A stretch of DNA of 64,000 nucleotides from Bacteroidales bacterium (GTDB lineage Bacteria > Bacteroidota > Bacteroidia > Bacteroidales > UBA12077). Shown one piece after another: positions 20,411 through 29,857 of this stretch. The DNA lies in contig JAIORB010000027.1 of the NCBI GenBank assembly GCA_021108325.1, positions 114,321 through 178,320 of the forward strand. The letters are read 5' to 3'. A program made the translations under genes and the position numbers. Every line of letters starts with the position of its first letter. Within the stretch, counting starts at the first letter, position 1. The notes under the pieces were generated by a model. The model was not told the DNA's origin. It saw only the letters and a list, made by a program, of their open reading frames with translations, and searched no databases.

Positions 20411-21304
20411 ATGCAATCTTTTTTTTCAACATATCTTTTACCGTTATCCTTGGCCATTATAATGATGGGAATGGGATTATCTCTTGATAAAAGAGATTTT
20501 AGTAATATAATACGTTACCCTAAACCTGTGCTAACAGGCATAATAAGTCAGGTTTTTATATTACCATTAGTTGCTTTTTTACTGTTTGGATTTACTAGCT
20601 TAAGCCCGGTTGTTAAAGTTGGGTTTATATTAATAACTGCGTGTGCCGGTGGTTCAGCAACAAATGTAATTACCCATTTGCTAAAAGGGAATCTAGCTCT
20701 TTCAATTTCTTTAACAGCTATAAACAGCTTGATTATTCTGGTAACATTACCACTAATAGTAAAACTGGGTTTGATATTGTTTATTGGAGTTGAAAGAAGT
20801 ATTCATTTAAATGTATACGATACTATTTTAAATATATTATTAACTATAATTATTCCAATATTAATTGGAATGTCAATCAGGTATTATTTTTTCCGATTTG
20901 CACTTAAAGCACAGAAACCATTAAAGTTTATTTTACCAACGATATTGTTTTCGGTTTTTATTGTTATGATTTTTTTTAATGACAACAGTTCCCAGAATGG
21001 GATTTATGATTATTTATACATAGTTCCATGGGCTCTATTATTGAACTTTATATCAATGCTTGTTGTTTACTTAATATCAAAGTATTTAAGATTAGGTGGG
21101 AAAAACAATTTTACGATAAGTATTGAAGTTGGATTAAAAAATAGCATAGTAGGAATATATGTTGCAGAAAGCCTACTTAACAATTATGATATGGCTATGG
21201 TATCAGTGGTGTATGGTTCTATTACTTTCTTTTCGACCTTATTATTCGGGTATTTGGCAAAAAGAATAGAGCTTTGGGGATTTGGATATAGAAAATTATT
21301 CTAA
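20411..21304 (+). CDS. Bile acid:sodium symporter family transporter
   Basis: LAIIMMGMGLSL, QVFILP, ACAGGSATN, GNLALSISLTA, IEVGLKN; likely start ATG 20411 (ORF track 20354). Confidence 0.9.
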   Translation: MQSFFSTYLLPLSLAIIMMGMGLSLDKRDFSNIIRYPKPVLTGIISQVFILPLVAFLLFGFTSLSPVVKVGFILITACAGGSATNVITHLLKGNLALSISLTAINSLIILVTLPLIVKLGLILFIGVERSIHLNVYDTILNILLTIIIPILIGMSIRYYFFRFALKAQKPLKFILPTILFSVFIVMIFFNDNSSQNGIYDYLYIVPWALLLNFISMLVVYLISKYLRLGGKNNFTISIEVGLKNSIVGIYVAESLLNNYDMAMVSVVYGSITFFSTLLFGYLAKRIELWGFGYRKLF

Positions 21305-21322
21305 TTTTGAAATTGAAAATAT

Positions 21323-21584
21323 GGGAGCCTCTAATAATTCCTTTGCATCAAGATTTTCATAGTTTTTTAAAGACAATAAAAATTTTTGTAACACTATCGG
21401 GATAATGTAATAAAATTTGAAGCAGTATTTGAAAAACTATGATAACCCTATGGGAACAAAGAAACTAAACAATCTGACTTCGTTATATTTTTTGTGAAAT
21501 AGCTACGGCTATTACAAAAAAATATGCCTTGCATCTTATTCAGTTTCTTTGTTTCTTGAAATAAATGAATTATTAGAGGCTCCC
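21323..21584. mobile_element. Non-autonomous MITE with 18-bp perfect TIRs and ATAT target duplication
   Basis: GGGAGCCTCTAATAATTC at 21323-21340 and its reverse complement at 21567-21584; ATAT on both flanks; internal hairpin 21485-21525; no ORF. Confidence 0.82.
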
Positions 21585-21676
21585 ATATATAAAAAAAACC
21601 GTAAATTACGGCTGTAAGTTAAAATCGCTCTAATTAGATAAATAATTAAAAATCAAAGAATTAAAAATAATTATCA

Positions 21677-22522
21677 ATGAAAACATTAAAATCTTTTATC
21701 AGAAAAACAGCATTTGTTTTATTATCAGGTATGCTAATTGTTTCACTTGTGAATTGTTCAGGTGGCAAAAAAGGTGAGCCTGTTGACGAAACAACATCTG
21801 AAGCTAAGCTTGATAAGGAAGAAATAGAACAAAAAGTGAGAGAAATTGTTTATCCGCTTCCAACAGCCTTTGAGGTTACCGAAATGATTAATAAAATAGA
21901 GGCAAGTTATATTGTTGGCTTATCAAATGAAACAAGTAATGTAGATAAATACTTTACGGATAAAGATCAGGCAATTAATCTTGGTGTATATAGTGCAGAT
22001 TTAAGTTACGCAAGTACATATAATATGAAACAAGATGTAATGAATTATATGGAAGCGTCTGAAAACTTAGTTATGGAGCTTGGTATTACAGGAGCATTTT
22101 CGATTGATTTTGTTGATGAAGTAGAAGCTAATATTGATAATAAAGATGTACTGGTTGATTTAATTACAGGATCTTTTTATGATACGTACGAATATCTTGT
22201 TAAAAACAATAAAGAAGATTTATCTTTATTAGTATTGGCCGGAACATGGATTGAAGCAATGTATATTTCTTGTAATATTTCTGAAATAGTATACAATAAC
22301 CCCGACTTAGTAAAAGTAATATTGCATCAGAAATCTTCGTTAGATAAATTAATTGAATTATTAGCCCCGCACAGCGAGCACGAAACAATTCAATCTGTTT
22401 TAACAGATTTAAAACCAATAAAAGAAACTTATGATAGTGTTGACGAAACAGGTATTACAGAAAGTCAATTAAATAAGATAATTGAGCAATCGATTAGTTT
22501 AAGAAATAAGATTATATTATAA
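21677..22522 (+). CDS. Uncharacterised acidic alpha-helical lipoprotein
   Basis: Signal peptide with lipobox LVNC; no catalytic motif recognised; upstream of the fused ABC transporter. Confidence 0.8.
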   Translation: MKTLKSFIRKTAFVLLSGMLIVSLVNCSGGKKGEPVDETTSEAKLDKEEIEQKVREIVYPLPTAFEVTEMINKIEASYIVGLSNETSNVDKYFTDKDQAINLGVYSADLSYASTYNMKQDVMNYMEASENLVMELGITGAFSIDFVDEVEANIDNKDVLVDLITGSFYDTYEYLVKNNKEDLSLLVLAGTWIEAMYISCNISEIVYNNPDLVKVILHQKSSLDKLIELLAPHSEHETIQSVLTDLKPIKETYDSVDETGITESQLNKIIEQSISLRNKIIL

Positions 22523-22545
22523 CATTTTTGTAATAAATATTTCAG

Positions 22546-22577
22546 GCTCATGTGTAATTAACGCATGAGCTTTTTTT
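22546..22577 (+). terminator. Intrinsic terminator after the lipoprotein gene
   Basis: GCTCATG-N11-CATGAGC followed by a T-run. Confidence 0.7.
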
Positions 22578-22586
22578 ATTCCCTTG

Positions 22587-22690
22587 AATCCGCACAAGCA
22601 TTTAACACTCTGATAGTCACGGGGTGACTTGATGCAAACAGATTACGTAATTGTCATAATATCAATCAGTCACCCCGTGACTTGCGGATT
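22587..22690. repeat. REPIN-like nested inverted repeat
   Basis: AGTCACGGGGTGACT (22615-22629) and reverse complement AGTCACCCCGTGACT (22668-22682); outer arms AATCCGCA/TGCGGATT. Confidence 0.78.
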
Positions 22691-22739
22691 TTAGGTATTC
22701 TATAAATTATTTCTTAAATTTTGTCCAAAATACAAATTA

Positions 22740-25700
22740 ATGAGCGAATCGATACTAAATGCACTTATTCATTTATTTGCGATTGTAGCAAATGTAAATC
22801 CCGGAGGGCTTACAGCTAAGGGGAGGAAAATTGTTGAGATTTATCTTTCGCGATATTTAACAAATGAACTTATACAAGAATACCTTCGATTATTTGATAA
22901 CTATTTAGAATTTTATAAACGCGAGTTAGATCAAGAGGAAGTTAAAGATTTAAAAGATAGTGCATCCTTAATATCTTTCCAAATTTCGAATGTTTGCCGG
23001 CAAATTAAAAAAGGATTGCTTCGCAATGAAAGAGTAATTGTGTTTTTACAAGTGCTGGAATTTGTTTACGAAGATCATGTTGTAACAGAGCAAGAGTTTC
23101 AATTTATAAAAGCGGTAGCAAAATCATTCAGTTTATCCGAAAGCGAATTTAATAATTTTAGGTCATTCATTTTTGAAGGAGATCCGGAAAAACTCGAAAG
23201 CGATAAAGTATTAGTAATTGATAACGAGGTAAAGGAGTGGTCAGATAATCTGGCATGGTTGATGAAAAAGAAAAAAACTCAACAAGGGAAACCATACAAA
23301 CATTTATTCAGGGAAAATCTTTATGGTAAAATTGTTGTTTTTTATATCCAGTCAATTCAATCATTCATTTTTAGATATTTTGGAGAGCTTAATCTTTATA
23401 TAGAGGGTCAAAAAATAGAATATGGACGTCCGTATTTTTTTAATAAAGGAGCAATTATTAAAGGCCCCAATATTAAATCGGTTTATTATTACGATATAGC
23501 TTCGAAATTTGTTTTAGCCTTAGAAGAAGATATAATTACATTTTCCGGTAATGATGTAGAATTTTATTTTAAGAATAGTAAAAACGGAATTCAAAAATTT
23601 AATTTTTCTGAGCAATCAGGTCAGATGATTGCAATAATGGGAGGTAGCGGGGTTGGGAAATCTACTTTGCTAAACTTGCTAAGTGGGAAGCTAAAACCTA
23701 CAGGAGGGAAAATTAAAATAAACGATCATACTATTCATTCCCGAAGCAGTTCTTTGACTGGCTTGATAGGTTTTGTACCTCAGGATGATTTATTATTTGA
23801 AGAGCTCACAGTATATCAAAATCTTTATTATAATGCTAAGCTTTGTTTTAGTGAGTTTACGGAACAACAAATAATCGAAAAAGTAAATTCAGTACTCATT
23901 GATTTGGATTTATATGATGCACAGGATCTTCAGGTTGGAAATCCACTTAATAAGTTTATAAGCGGAGGGCAACGCAAAAGGTTAAATATTGGCCTGGAAT
24001 TAATGCGCGAACCAATGTTGCTTTTTGTTGATGAGCCAACATCAGGATTATCATCTACTGACTCCGAAAAAGTAATAAACTTACTTAAAGAACAGACTCA
24101 TAAAGGGAAACTGGTAATAGCAAATATTCATCAACCATCATCTGATATTTTTAAGCTTTTTGATAAGCTTTGGATACTTGACAAAGGAGGATATCCTATT
24201 TATCAGGGAAATCCTGTCGATGCTATTGTTTATTTTAAAACTGTAACATCGCTTGTAAATGCTGCGGAAAGCGAATGTGCTTGCTGTGGAACAGTTAATC
24301 CTGATCAGATTTTAAGAATAGTTGAGGAGAAAGAGATTAACGAATATGGTAAAGAAACACATGTTCGAAAGACACCACCGGAAACATGGTATTACAGATA
24401 TATTGAAAATATTGAAAAGAAAATAGAACCCAGACATATTGAAGACTCCCTTCCGGATTCTGATTTTAAAATCCCTGATTTTATAAGGCAGTTTAAAGTC
24501 TTTAGCATGAGAAATTTTCTTTCCAAGCTAACCAATAAGCAATACTTATTAATTAATCTTCTTGAAGCTCCTTTACTTGCCCTCTTTTTAGGATTTTTCA
24601 CAAAATATATAACACCTAATGGTTATGTTTTTGGCGAAAATAAGAATTTGCCGATATTCTTGTTTATGGCTGTGGTGGTGGCTGTGTTTTTAGGATTAAC
24701 TGTAAGCGCCGAGGAAATTATTAAAGACAGGAAAATTCTTGAGAGAGAATTGTTTTTGAAGTTGAGTTGGTTTAGTTATATAAACTCCAAGCTTGTTATA
24801 TTATTTGTTATTTCGGCAGTACAAACTTTTTTATACACGCTTATTGGCAATGCAATTCTCGAAATCCACGGAATGCTATTGCCATTTTGGTTAATTTTGT
24901 TTTCTGCTGCTTGTATGGGTAATATTATTGGGCTAAATATTTCTTCAGGGCTCGATTCTGTGATTGCAATTTATATTCTTATACCTTTAATACTTGTTCC
25001 TCAACTGCTGCTGGGTGGAGCAATGATCAATTTTGATGATTTGCATAAAGGGTTTACAAACAAAACATATGTTCCCTTTATTGGTAATTTGATGACCACA
25101 CGTTGGGCTTATGAAGCATTAACAGTAGAACAATTCAAGAATAATAAATTCGAAAAAATATTTTTTGAAGATGAAAAAATTATAAGTAATGCTGATTACA
25201 AAACATCTTTCCTTATTCCCCGGTTACAAAATAAATTAGGACTTTGTATGCGAAGAAAAGATAGTGGAATGGATTCCTTAGCATTAATGAGAGATTTGCT
25301 AATAATAAGCAACGAGTTGGATATTATCGCAATAAATGAAGATTTACCATCTTTCCAGTATATACATCTGTTAAATAATAATGACTTTAGTGAAAGTGTA
25401 ATGGAACAAACCTATCAGTATTTGGTAAGGTTAGATAAAAATCTCTCGGAAGAAGAAAAAAAGGCCAATGAGAGAAAAGATACAAAATATCAACAAATGA
25501 TTGATGAAATGGGTCAAGACGAGTTTGTAGATTTTAAACAAAGATATTACAATAAAAAACTGGCTGACATTGTATTGAACAGAAATGAAATTAACAAAAT
25601 CTATCAAACGCATAAACGATTAATACAAAAGAAGGATCCAATATTTATGGAACCAACTTCAAGTTTTGGGAGAGCACATTTTTTTGCACCTGTTAAAATT

Positions 25701-25865
25701 TTTAATAAAGTTAAAATTGATACACTTTTGTACAATATTTTAATGATGTGGTTCCTTTCCGGAATATTGTATTTAATGTTATTATTTGACCTGTTAAGAA
25801 AAGGATTAAAATATTTGCAATCCTTAAATGTTAAAGAATGGATTTTTAATATCAAACAAGCATAA
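22740..25865 (+). CDS. Fused ABCG/White-type ABC transporter (TerB-like + FHA-like + NBD + ABC2 TMD)
   Basis: Walker A GGSGVGKS, signature ISGGQRKR, Walker B LLFVDEP, NIHQP H-loop, NPDQ and RWAYEAL motifs, ~6 C-terminal TMs; helical TerB-like N-terminus. Confidence 0.88.
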   Translation: MSESILNALIHLFAIVANVNPGGLTAKGRKIVEIYLSRYLTNELIQEYLRLFDNYLEFYKRELDQEEVKDLKDSASLISFQISNVCRQIKKGLLRNERVIVFLQVLEFVYEDHVVTEQEFQFIKAVAKSFSLSESEFNNFRSFIFEGDPEKLESDKVLVIDNEVKEWSDNLAWLMKKKKTQQGKPYKHLFRENLYGKIVVFYIQSIQSFIFRYFGELNLYIEGQKIEYGRPYFFNKGAIIKGPNIKSVYYYDIASKFVLALEEDIITFSGNDVEFYFKNSKNGIQKFNFSEQSGQMIAIMGGSGVGKSTLLNLLSGKLKPTGGKIKINDHTIHSRSSSLTGLIGFVPQDDLLFEELTVYQNLYYNAKLCFSEFTEQQIIEKVNSVLIDLDLYDAQDLQVGNPLNKFISGGQRKRLNIGLELMREPMLLFVDEPTSGLSSTDSEKVINLLKEQTHKGKLVIANIHQPSSDIFKLFDKLWILDKGGYPIYQGNPVDAIVYFKTVTSLVNAAESECACCGTVNPDQILRIVEEKEINEYGKETHVRKTPPETWYYRYIENIEKKIEPRHIEDSLPDSDFKIPDFIRQFKVFSMRNFLSKLTNKQYLLINLLEAPLLALFLGFFTKYITPNGYVFGENKNLPIFLFMAVVVAVFLGLTVSAEEIIKDRKILERELFLKLSWFSYINSKLVILFVISAVQTFLYTLIGNAILEIHGMLLPFWLILFSAACMGNIIGLNISSGLDSVIAIYILIPLILVPQLLLGGAMINFDDLHKGFTNKTYVPFIGNLMTTRWAYEALTVEQFKNNKFEKIFFEDEKIISNADYKTSFLIPRLQNKLGLCMRRKDSGMDSLALMRDLLIISNELDIIAINEDLPSFQYIHLLNNNDFSESVMEQTYQYLVRLDKNLSEEEKKANERKDTKYQQMIDEMGQDEFVDFKQRYYNKKLADIVLNRNEINKIYQTHKRLIQKKDPIFMEPTSSFGRAHFFAPVKIFNKVKIDTLLYNILMMWFLSGILYLMLLFDLLRKGLKYLQSLNVKEWIFNIKQA

Positions 25866-25969
25866 ACAATTCATTTAATGTATTATACAGTAATATTAAT
25901 TTGAGGTAACCAATTTAGATACATTACGTAATAAATTAACATATACTACATTTAAATTAAAATATTGAA

Positions 25970-26479
25970 ATGAGCCTTACATTAGAAAAATCTTCTGACA
26001 CACCGTACATTCATCTTGAAAATGGTTTGATAAAAATGGAAGGGCAACTAATGCCTGAAAATATTTTAATATTTTTTAAACCGGTGGATACATGGATTCA
26101 TAAATATCTTGAAAAACCTGCTGATTTCACAAAAATAGACTTAGACTTTTCTTATTTAAATAGTTGTTCCACAAAGCAAATATGCGATATTCTAAAATTA
26201 TTTAACCAGAAATATCTCGAAGGATTCGATATGAAAATTTATTGGACATATGAAGAAGGAGATGATACGGTTCAGGAAATTGGAGATGATCTGGAATCTA
26301 TGATAGAAATTCCTTTTGAATACACAGTAAAAGAAACTCAAGTTAAAGAACTAACACGCCTTAAAGTTAAAAATAAACTTACAGGTAAAATTGGCGAAAT
26401 TTCTCTTAAATATTGGGAAACCATAAAAAGAAACGGTCATGAACGAGATTTTGAACTTTTAGAAAAGTTTAATCTTTAG
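25970..26479 (+). CDS. siaC: DUF1987/SiaC family regulatory phosphoprotein with C-terminal extension
   Basis: TPYI, MEGQLMPEN..FFKPV..W, YLNSCSTK, IYWTYEEGDDTVQEIGDDL, FEY pattern typical of SiaC. Confidence 0.82.
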   Translation: MSLTLEKSSDTPYIHLENGLIKMEGQLMPENILIFFKPVDTWIHKYLEKPADFTKIDLDFSYLNSCSTKQICDILKLFNQKYLEGFDMKIYWTYEEGDDTVQEIGDDLESMIEIPFEYTVKETQVKELTRLKVKNKLTGKIGEISLKYWETIKRNGHERDFELLEKFNL

Positions 26480-26485
26480 ATCCCC

Positions 26486-27268
26486 TTAAGCACCATTGTA
26501 TCCTCTTACTATTCCTCTTTCAGATGTTTTAATAAAATCTAATATGTAATCTCTTTCGGGAGATTGATTTATTTCTTTTTCGATATACTTTAATGCCTGG
26601 GTTACGTTTTGTTCTTTCACAAAAATTTCCCTGTAAATATCTTGAATTTGTGCAATAGTCTCGTTTGAGAATCCTCTGCGACGCAGACCAACTGAATTAA
26701 CACTAACATAAGATACAGGTTCATGTGCCACAGTTATATATGGTGGAACATCTTTTCGAATGAGAGTACCTCCGGAAATCATAACATGACCTCCAATATG
26801 AACAAACTGATGAATTTGAACATCGCCACTAATTATAGCAAAATCATCAATTGTAATTTCTCCGGCAACGTTAGTACTATTAGAAATTATAATATTGTTT
26901 CCAAGCACACAATCGTGGCCTACATGTACATAAGCCATTAAAAGGCAGTTATCACCAACAACAGTTTTTCCTTTTGAAGCGGTACCTCGATTAACAGTTA
27001 CGCATTCGCGTAAAATTGTATTATCACCAATTTCGGCTGTTGTTTCTTCACCCTTAAATTTTAAATCTTGGGGAATAGCCGAAACAACTGCTCCGGGGAA
27101 GACCTTGCAGTTTTTGCCAATTCTTGCACCACTCATTATTGTTGCATTTGGGCCAATCCATGTACCATCGCCAATTTCTACATTTTTATCGATCCATGCA
27201 AATGCTTCTATTCTTACATTTTTCCCAATTATTGCTTCGGGATGAATATATGCTAAGTCTCTATTCAT
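26486..27268 (-). CDS. lpxA: UDP-N-acetylglucosamine acyltransferase
   Basis: Hexapeptide repeats, PQDLKF, TVNRGT, LLMAYVHVGHDC, VHQF-like IHQF. Confidence 0.97.
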   Translation of the reverse strand: MNRDLAYIHPEAIIGKNVRIEAFAWIDKNVEIGDGTWIGPNATIMSGARIGKNCKVFPGAVVSAIPQDLKFKGEETTAEIGDNTILRECVTVNRGTASKGKTVVGDNCLLMAYVHVGHDCVLGNNIIISNSTNVAGEITIDDFAIISGDVQIHQFVHIGGHVMISGGTLIRKDVPPYITVAHEPVSYVSVNSVGLRRRGFSNETIAQIQDIYREIFVKEQNVTQALKYIEKEINQSPERDYILDFIKTSERGIVRGYNGA

Positions 27269-27279
27269 GATAATTAGTT

Positions 27280-28677
27280 TTATTGTGCTTTTGAAACCTG
27301 GGCCATTAACTCACCTTCCATAACAAGATCATCACCTACAAATGCTTGTCCAAACATATTTACCAATCCACGTCTTATTGGTGAGATAAGTTCCAATCTG
27401 AAAATTATTGTATCTCCTGGAATTACCTTTCTTTTAAATTTTACTTTATCAATTTTTAAAAATAAGGTTTGGTAATTTTCGGGATCTTCTACCTTGCTAA
27501 GAGCTAAAATACCACCAACTTGTGCCATAGCCTCTATTTGCAATACTCCTGGCATAATAGGTTCGTTCGGAAAATGCCCAAGAAAGAAATTCTCGTTCAT
27601 TGTAACATTTTTTATCCCGACAACAGAATTTTCATTCAATTCAATTACTTTATCAATTAAAAGAAAAGGAAATCTGTGAGGTAACAATTCCTTTATTTGA
27701 TTTATATCGTATACAGGCTTTTTAGCCGGATCATATTTTGGAATAGCAATTCTTGATAATTCCTTTTTTATATTATCCTTAATTATTTTGGCTAGTTGAG
27801 TGTTTGCAAAATGCCCCGGACGCGATGCTACAATTTTCCCTTTTATCGGTCGGCCAATTAAAGCTAAATCACCAAGAATATCTAACAATTTATGACGTGC
27901 AGGCTCATTACTAAATCGTAAATCAATATTATTTAAAATTCCTTCTTTAACTTTAACATGAGGTTTGTTAAATAAATCGGCCATTCTATCAAGCTCCTCT
28001 TGCGAAACTTCATTTTCCATTATAACGATAGCGTTTTGTAAATCACCACCTTTAATCAGGTTGTGTTTTAAAAGATATTCCAACTCATGGAAAAACACAA
28101 AAGTTCTTGATGGTGCAATTTCTTTTTCGAAATCATGAGAAGGATGGTATGATGCATATTGATGTCCTAAAACTTTTGAATTATAATCAACCATTACATC
28201 AATAGAAAACTGATCATCAGGATATGCAACAAGTTCAATGTCATTTTCCTCATCGCGAAATACAGTTCGTTCTTTTATAACATAATAATCCTTTTCTGCT
28301 TCTTGTTCAACAATTCCTGCTTTTTTAAGTGCTTCAACATATTTAATTGAACTGCCATCAAGAATTGGAGCTTCCGGTCCGGTAAATTCCATTAATATAT
28401 TATCGAGTTCTAAACCAACCAACGATGCTAATAAATGTTCGATAGTATGAACCTGAACACCATTTTCTTCTAGTGTTGTACCTCGTGAAGTATCAACAAC
28501 GTTATCAGCTATTGGAGTAATAAATGGTTTTCCTTCAAGATCAACACGTTGAATTTTGAACCCATGGTTAATTGGGGCAGAGTGAAATGTTACCTGAACT
28601 TCGTACCCGGTATGTAATCCTTTTCCTGATAAAGAAACAGATTCTTTTATAGTTTTTTGCATTTGTAACATATTCAA
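27280..28677 (-). CDS. lpxC: Bifunctional LpxC/FabZ
   Basis: GKGLHTG, TIEHLL, RHKLLDILGDL (LpxC); LPHRFPFLLID, GHFPNEPIMPGVLQIEAMAQ (FabZ). Confidence 0.97.
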   Translation of the reverse strand: MNMLQMQKTIKESVSLSGKGLHTGYEVQVTFHSAPINHGFKIQRVDLEGKPFITPIADNVVDTSRGTTLEENGVQVHTIEHLLASLVGLELDNILMEFTGPEAPILDGSSIKYVEALKKAGIVEQEAEKDYYVIKERTVFRDEENDIELVAYPDDQFSIDVMVDYNSKVLGHQYASYHPSHDFEKEIAPSRTFVFFHELEYLLKHNLIKGGDLQNAIVIMENEVSQEELDRMADLFNKPHVKVKEGILNNIDLRFSNEPARHKLLDILGDLALIGRPIKGKIVASRPGHFANTQLAKIIKDNIKKELSRIAIPKYDPAKKPVYDINQIKELLPHRFPFLLIDKVIELNENSVVGIKNVTMNENFFLGHFPNEPIMPGVLQIEAMAQVGGILALSKVEDPENYQTLFLKIDKVKFKRKVIPGDTIIFRLELISPIRRGLVNMFGQAFVGDDLVMEGELMAQVSKAQ

Positions 28678-28791
28678 TAAATGTTTAATTTGATCTCAAT
28701 AATAAAAAAAATCGTCGCAAGTTACAAAAAATCGGGTAAATTCCCGTGCAAGAAATTCGAATATATAAAAATTGTAAGATTAAAAAGCTTT

Positions 28792-29829
28792 CTATTTCCC
28801 TTTAAGCTTCTTTAATTCGTTTTCTAATTCTTTGACTCTTTTATATAAGTCAGGAAGTTGTTTGTAAACAATAAAAGACCTTTGAAATTCACGAATGTTA
28901 AATGCCGGAGTTCCCATAACAATACTGCCTTTTTCTTTTATATTATTTGGAATTCCTGCTTGAGGAACTACTTTTACACCATCGGCTATTTGAATATGAG
29001 GGGCAGCTGCTGATTGACCTCCAAACTGACAGTCTTTTCCAATTTTTGTTGATCCTGCAATTCCGACTTGAGCTGCCATAACTGTATTTTCTCCAATCTG
29101 AACATTATGTGCAATTTGAATTAAATTATCAAGTTTAGCGCCTTTTCTAATATAAGTTGAGCCCATTGTAGCTCTGTCGATAGTGCTATTAGATCCAATT
29201 TCCACATTATCCTCAATAATTACATTTCCTAATTGTGGTATTTTACGATAAACATTATTTTCGTCAGGAGCGAAACCAAAACCATCAGAACCAATTATAG
29301 CACCTGCATGTATAATACAATTTTCACCAATAACACATTCGTGATAAATTTTAACACCGGAATTTAGTGTTGAATTCTTTTTAACCGTAACATTATCATC
29401 AATAAAAACATGCGGGTTTAATTTAACATTGTTTTCAACAATAGCATTTTCGCCGATATAAACAAAAGGAGCTATATAAACACCATTACCAATTTTTGCA
29501 GACTCATCAATAAAAGCCAGGGAGCTTGTGCCTTGTTTTACAAGTTTAGCCTGTTCTGCGAGCTCAAGTAGTTTAGCAAAACTTTCATAAGCATTATCAA
29601 CTTTGATTAATGTAGTGGAAACATTTTTTTCGAGCTCAAAATCTTTATTTATTAATACTATTGATGCATTTGTAGTGTATAAGTATTTGGCGTATTTGAG
29701 GTTTGCTAAAAAAGCAAGTGTGCCGGATTCAGCTTCTTCGATTTTAGCTACATTATTTACTTTTACCTCAGGATTTCCAACAATTTCTCCTTTTAAAAAT
29801 TCGGCAATTGATTTGGCTGTAAATTCCAT
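28792..29829 (-). CDS. lpxD: UDP-3-O-acylglucosamine N-acyltransferase
   Basis: GSDGFGF, IPQLGNV, TIDRAT, KLDNLIQIAHNV. Confidence 0.97.
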   Translation of the reverse strand: MEFTAKSIAEFLKGEIVGNPEVKVNNVAKIEEAESGTLAFLANLKYAKYLYTTNASIVLINKDFELEKNVSTTLIKVDNAYESFAKLLELAEQAKLVKQGTSSLAFIDESAKIGNGVYIAPFVYIGENAIVENNVKLNPHVFIDDNVTVKKNSTLNSGVKIYHECVIGENCIIHAGAIIGSDGFGFAPDENNVYRKIPQLGNVIIEDNVEIGSNSTIDRATMGSTYIRKGAKLDNLIQIAHNVQIGENTVMAAQVGIAGSTKIGKDCQFGGQSAAAPHIQIADGVKVVPQAGIPNNIKEKGSIVMGTPAFNIREFQRSFIVYKQLPDLYKRVKELENELKKLKGK

Positions 29830-29857
29830 GTTTATTGAGTATTAAAAAGTTTAGTCG

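Noticed and set aside
27280-28677. lpxC-fabZ fusion as a novelty
   Set aside because: Well-known standard feature of Bacteroidota
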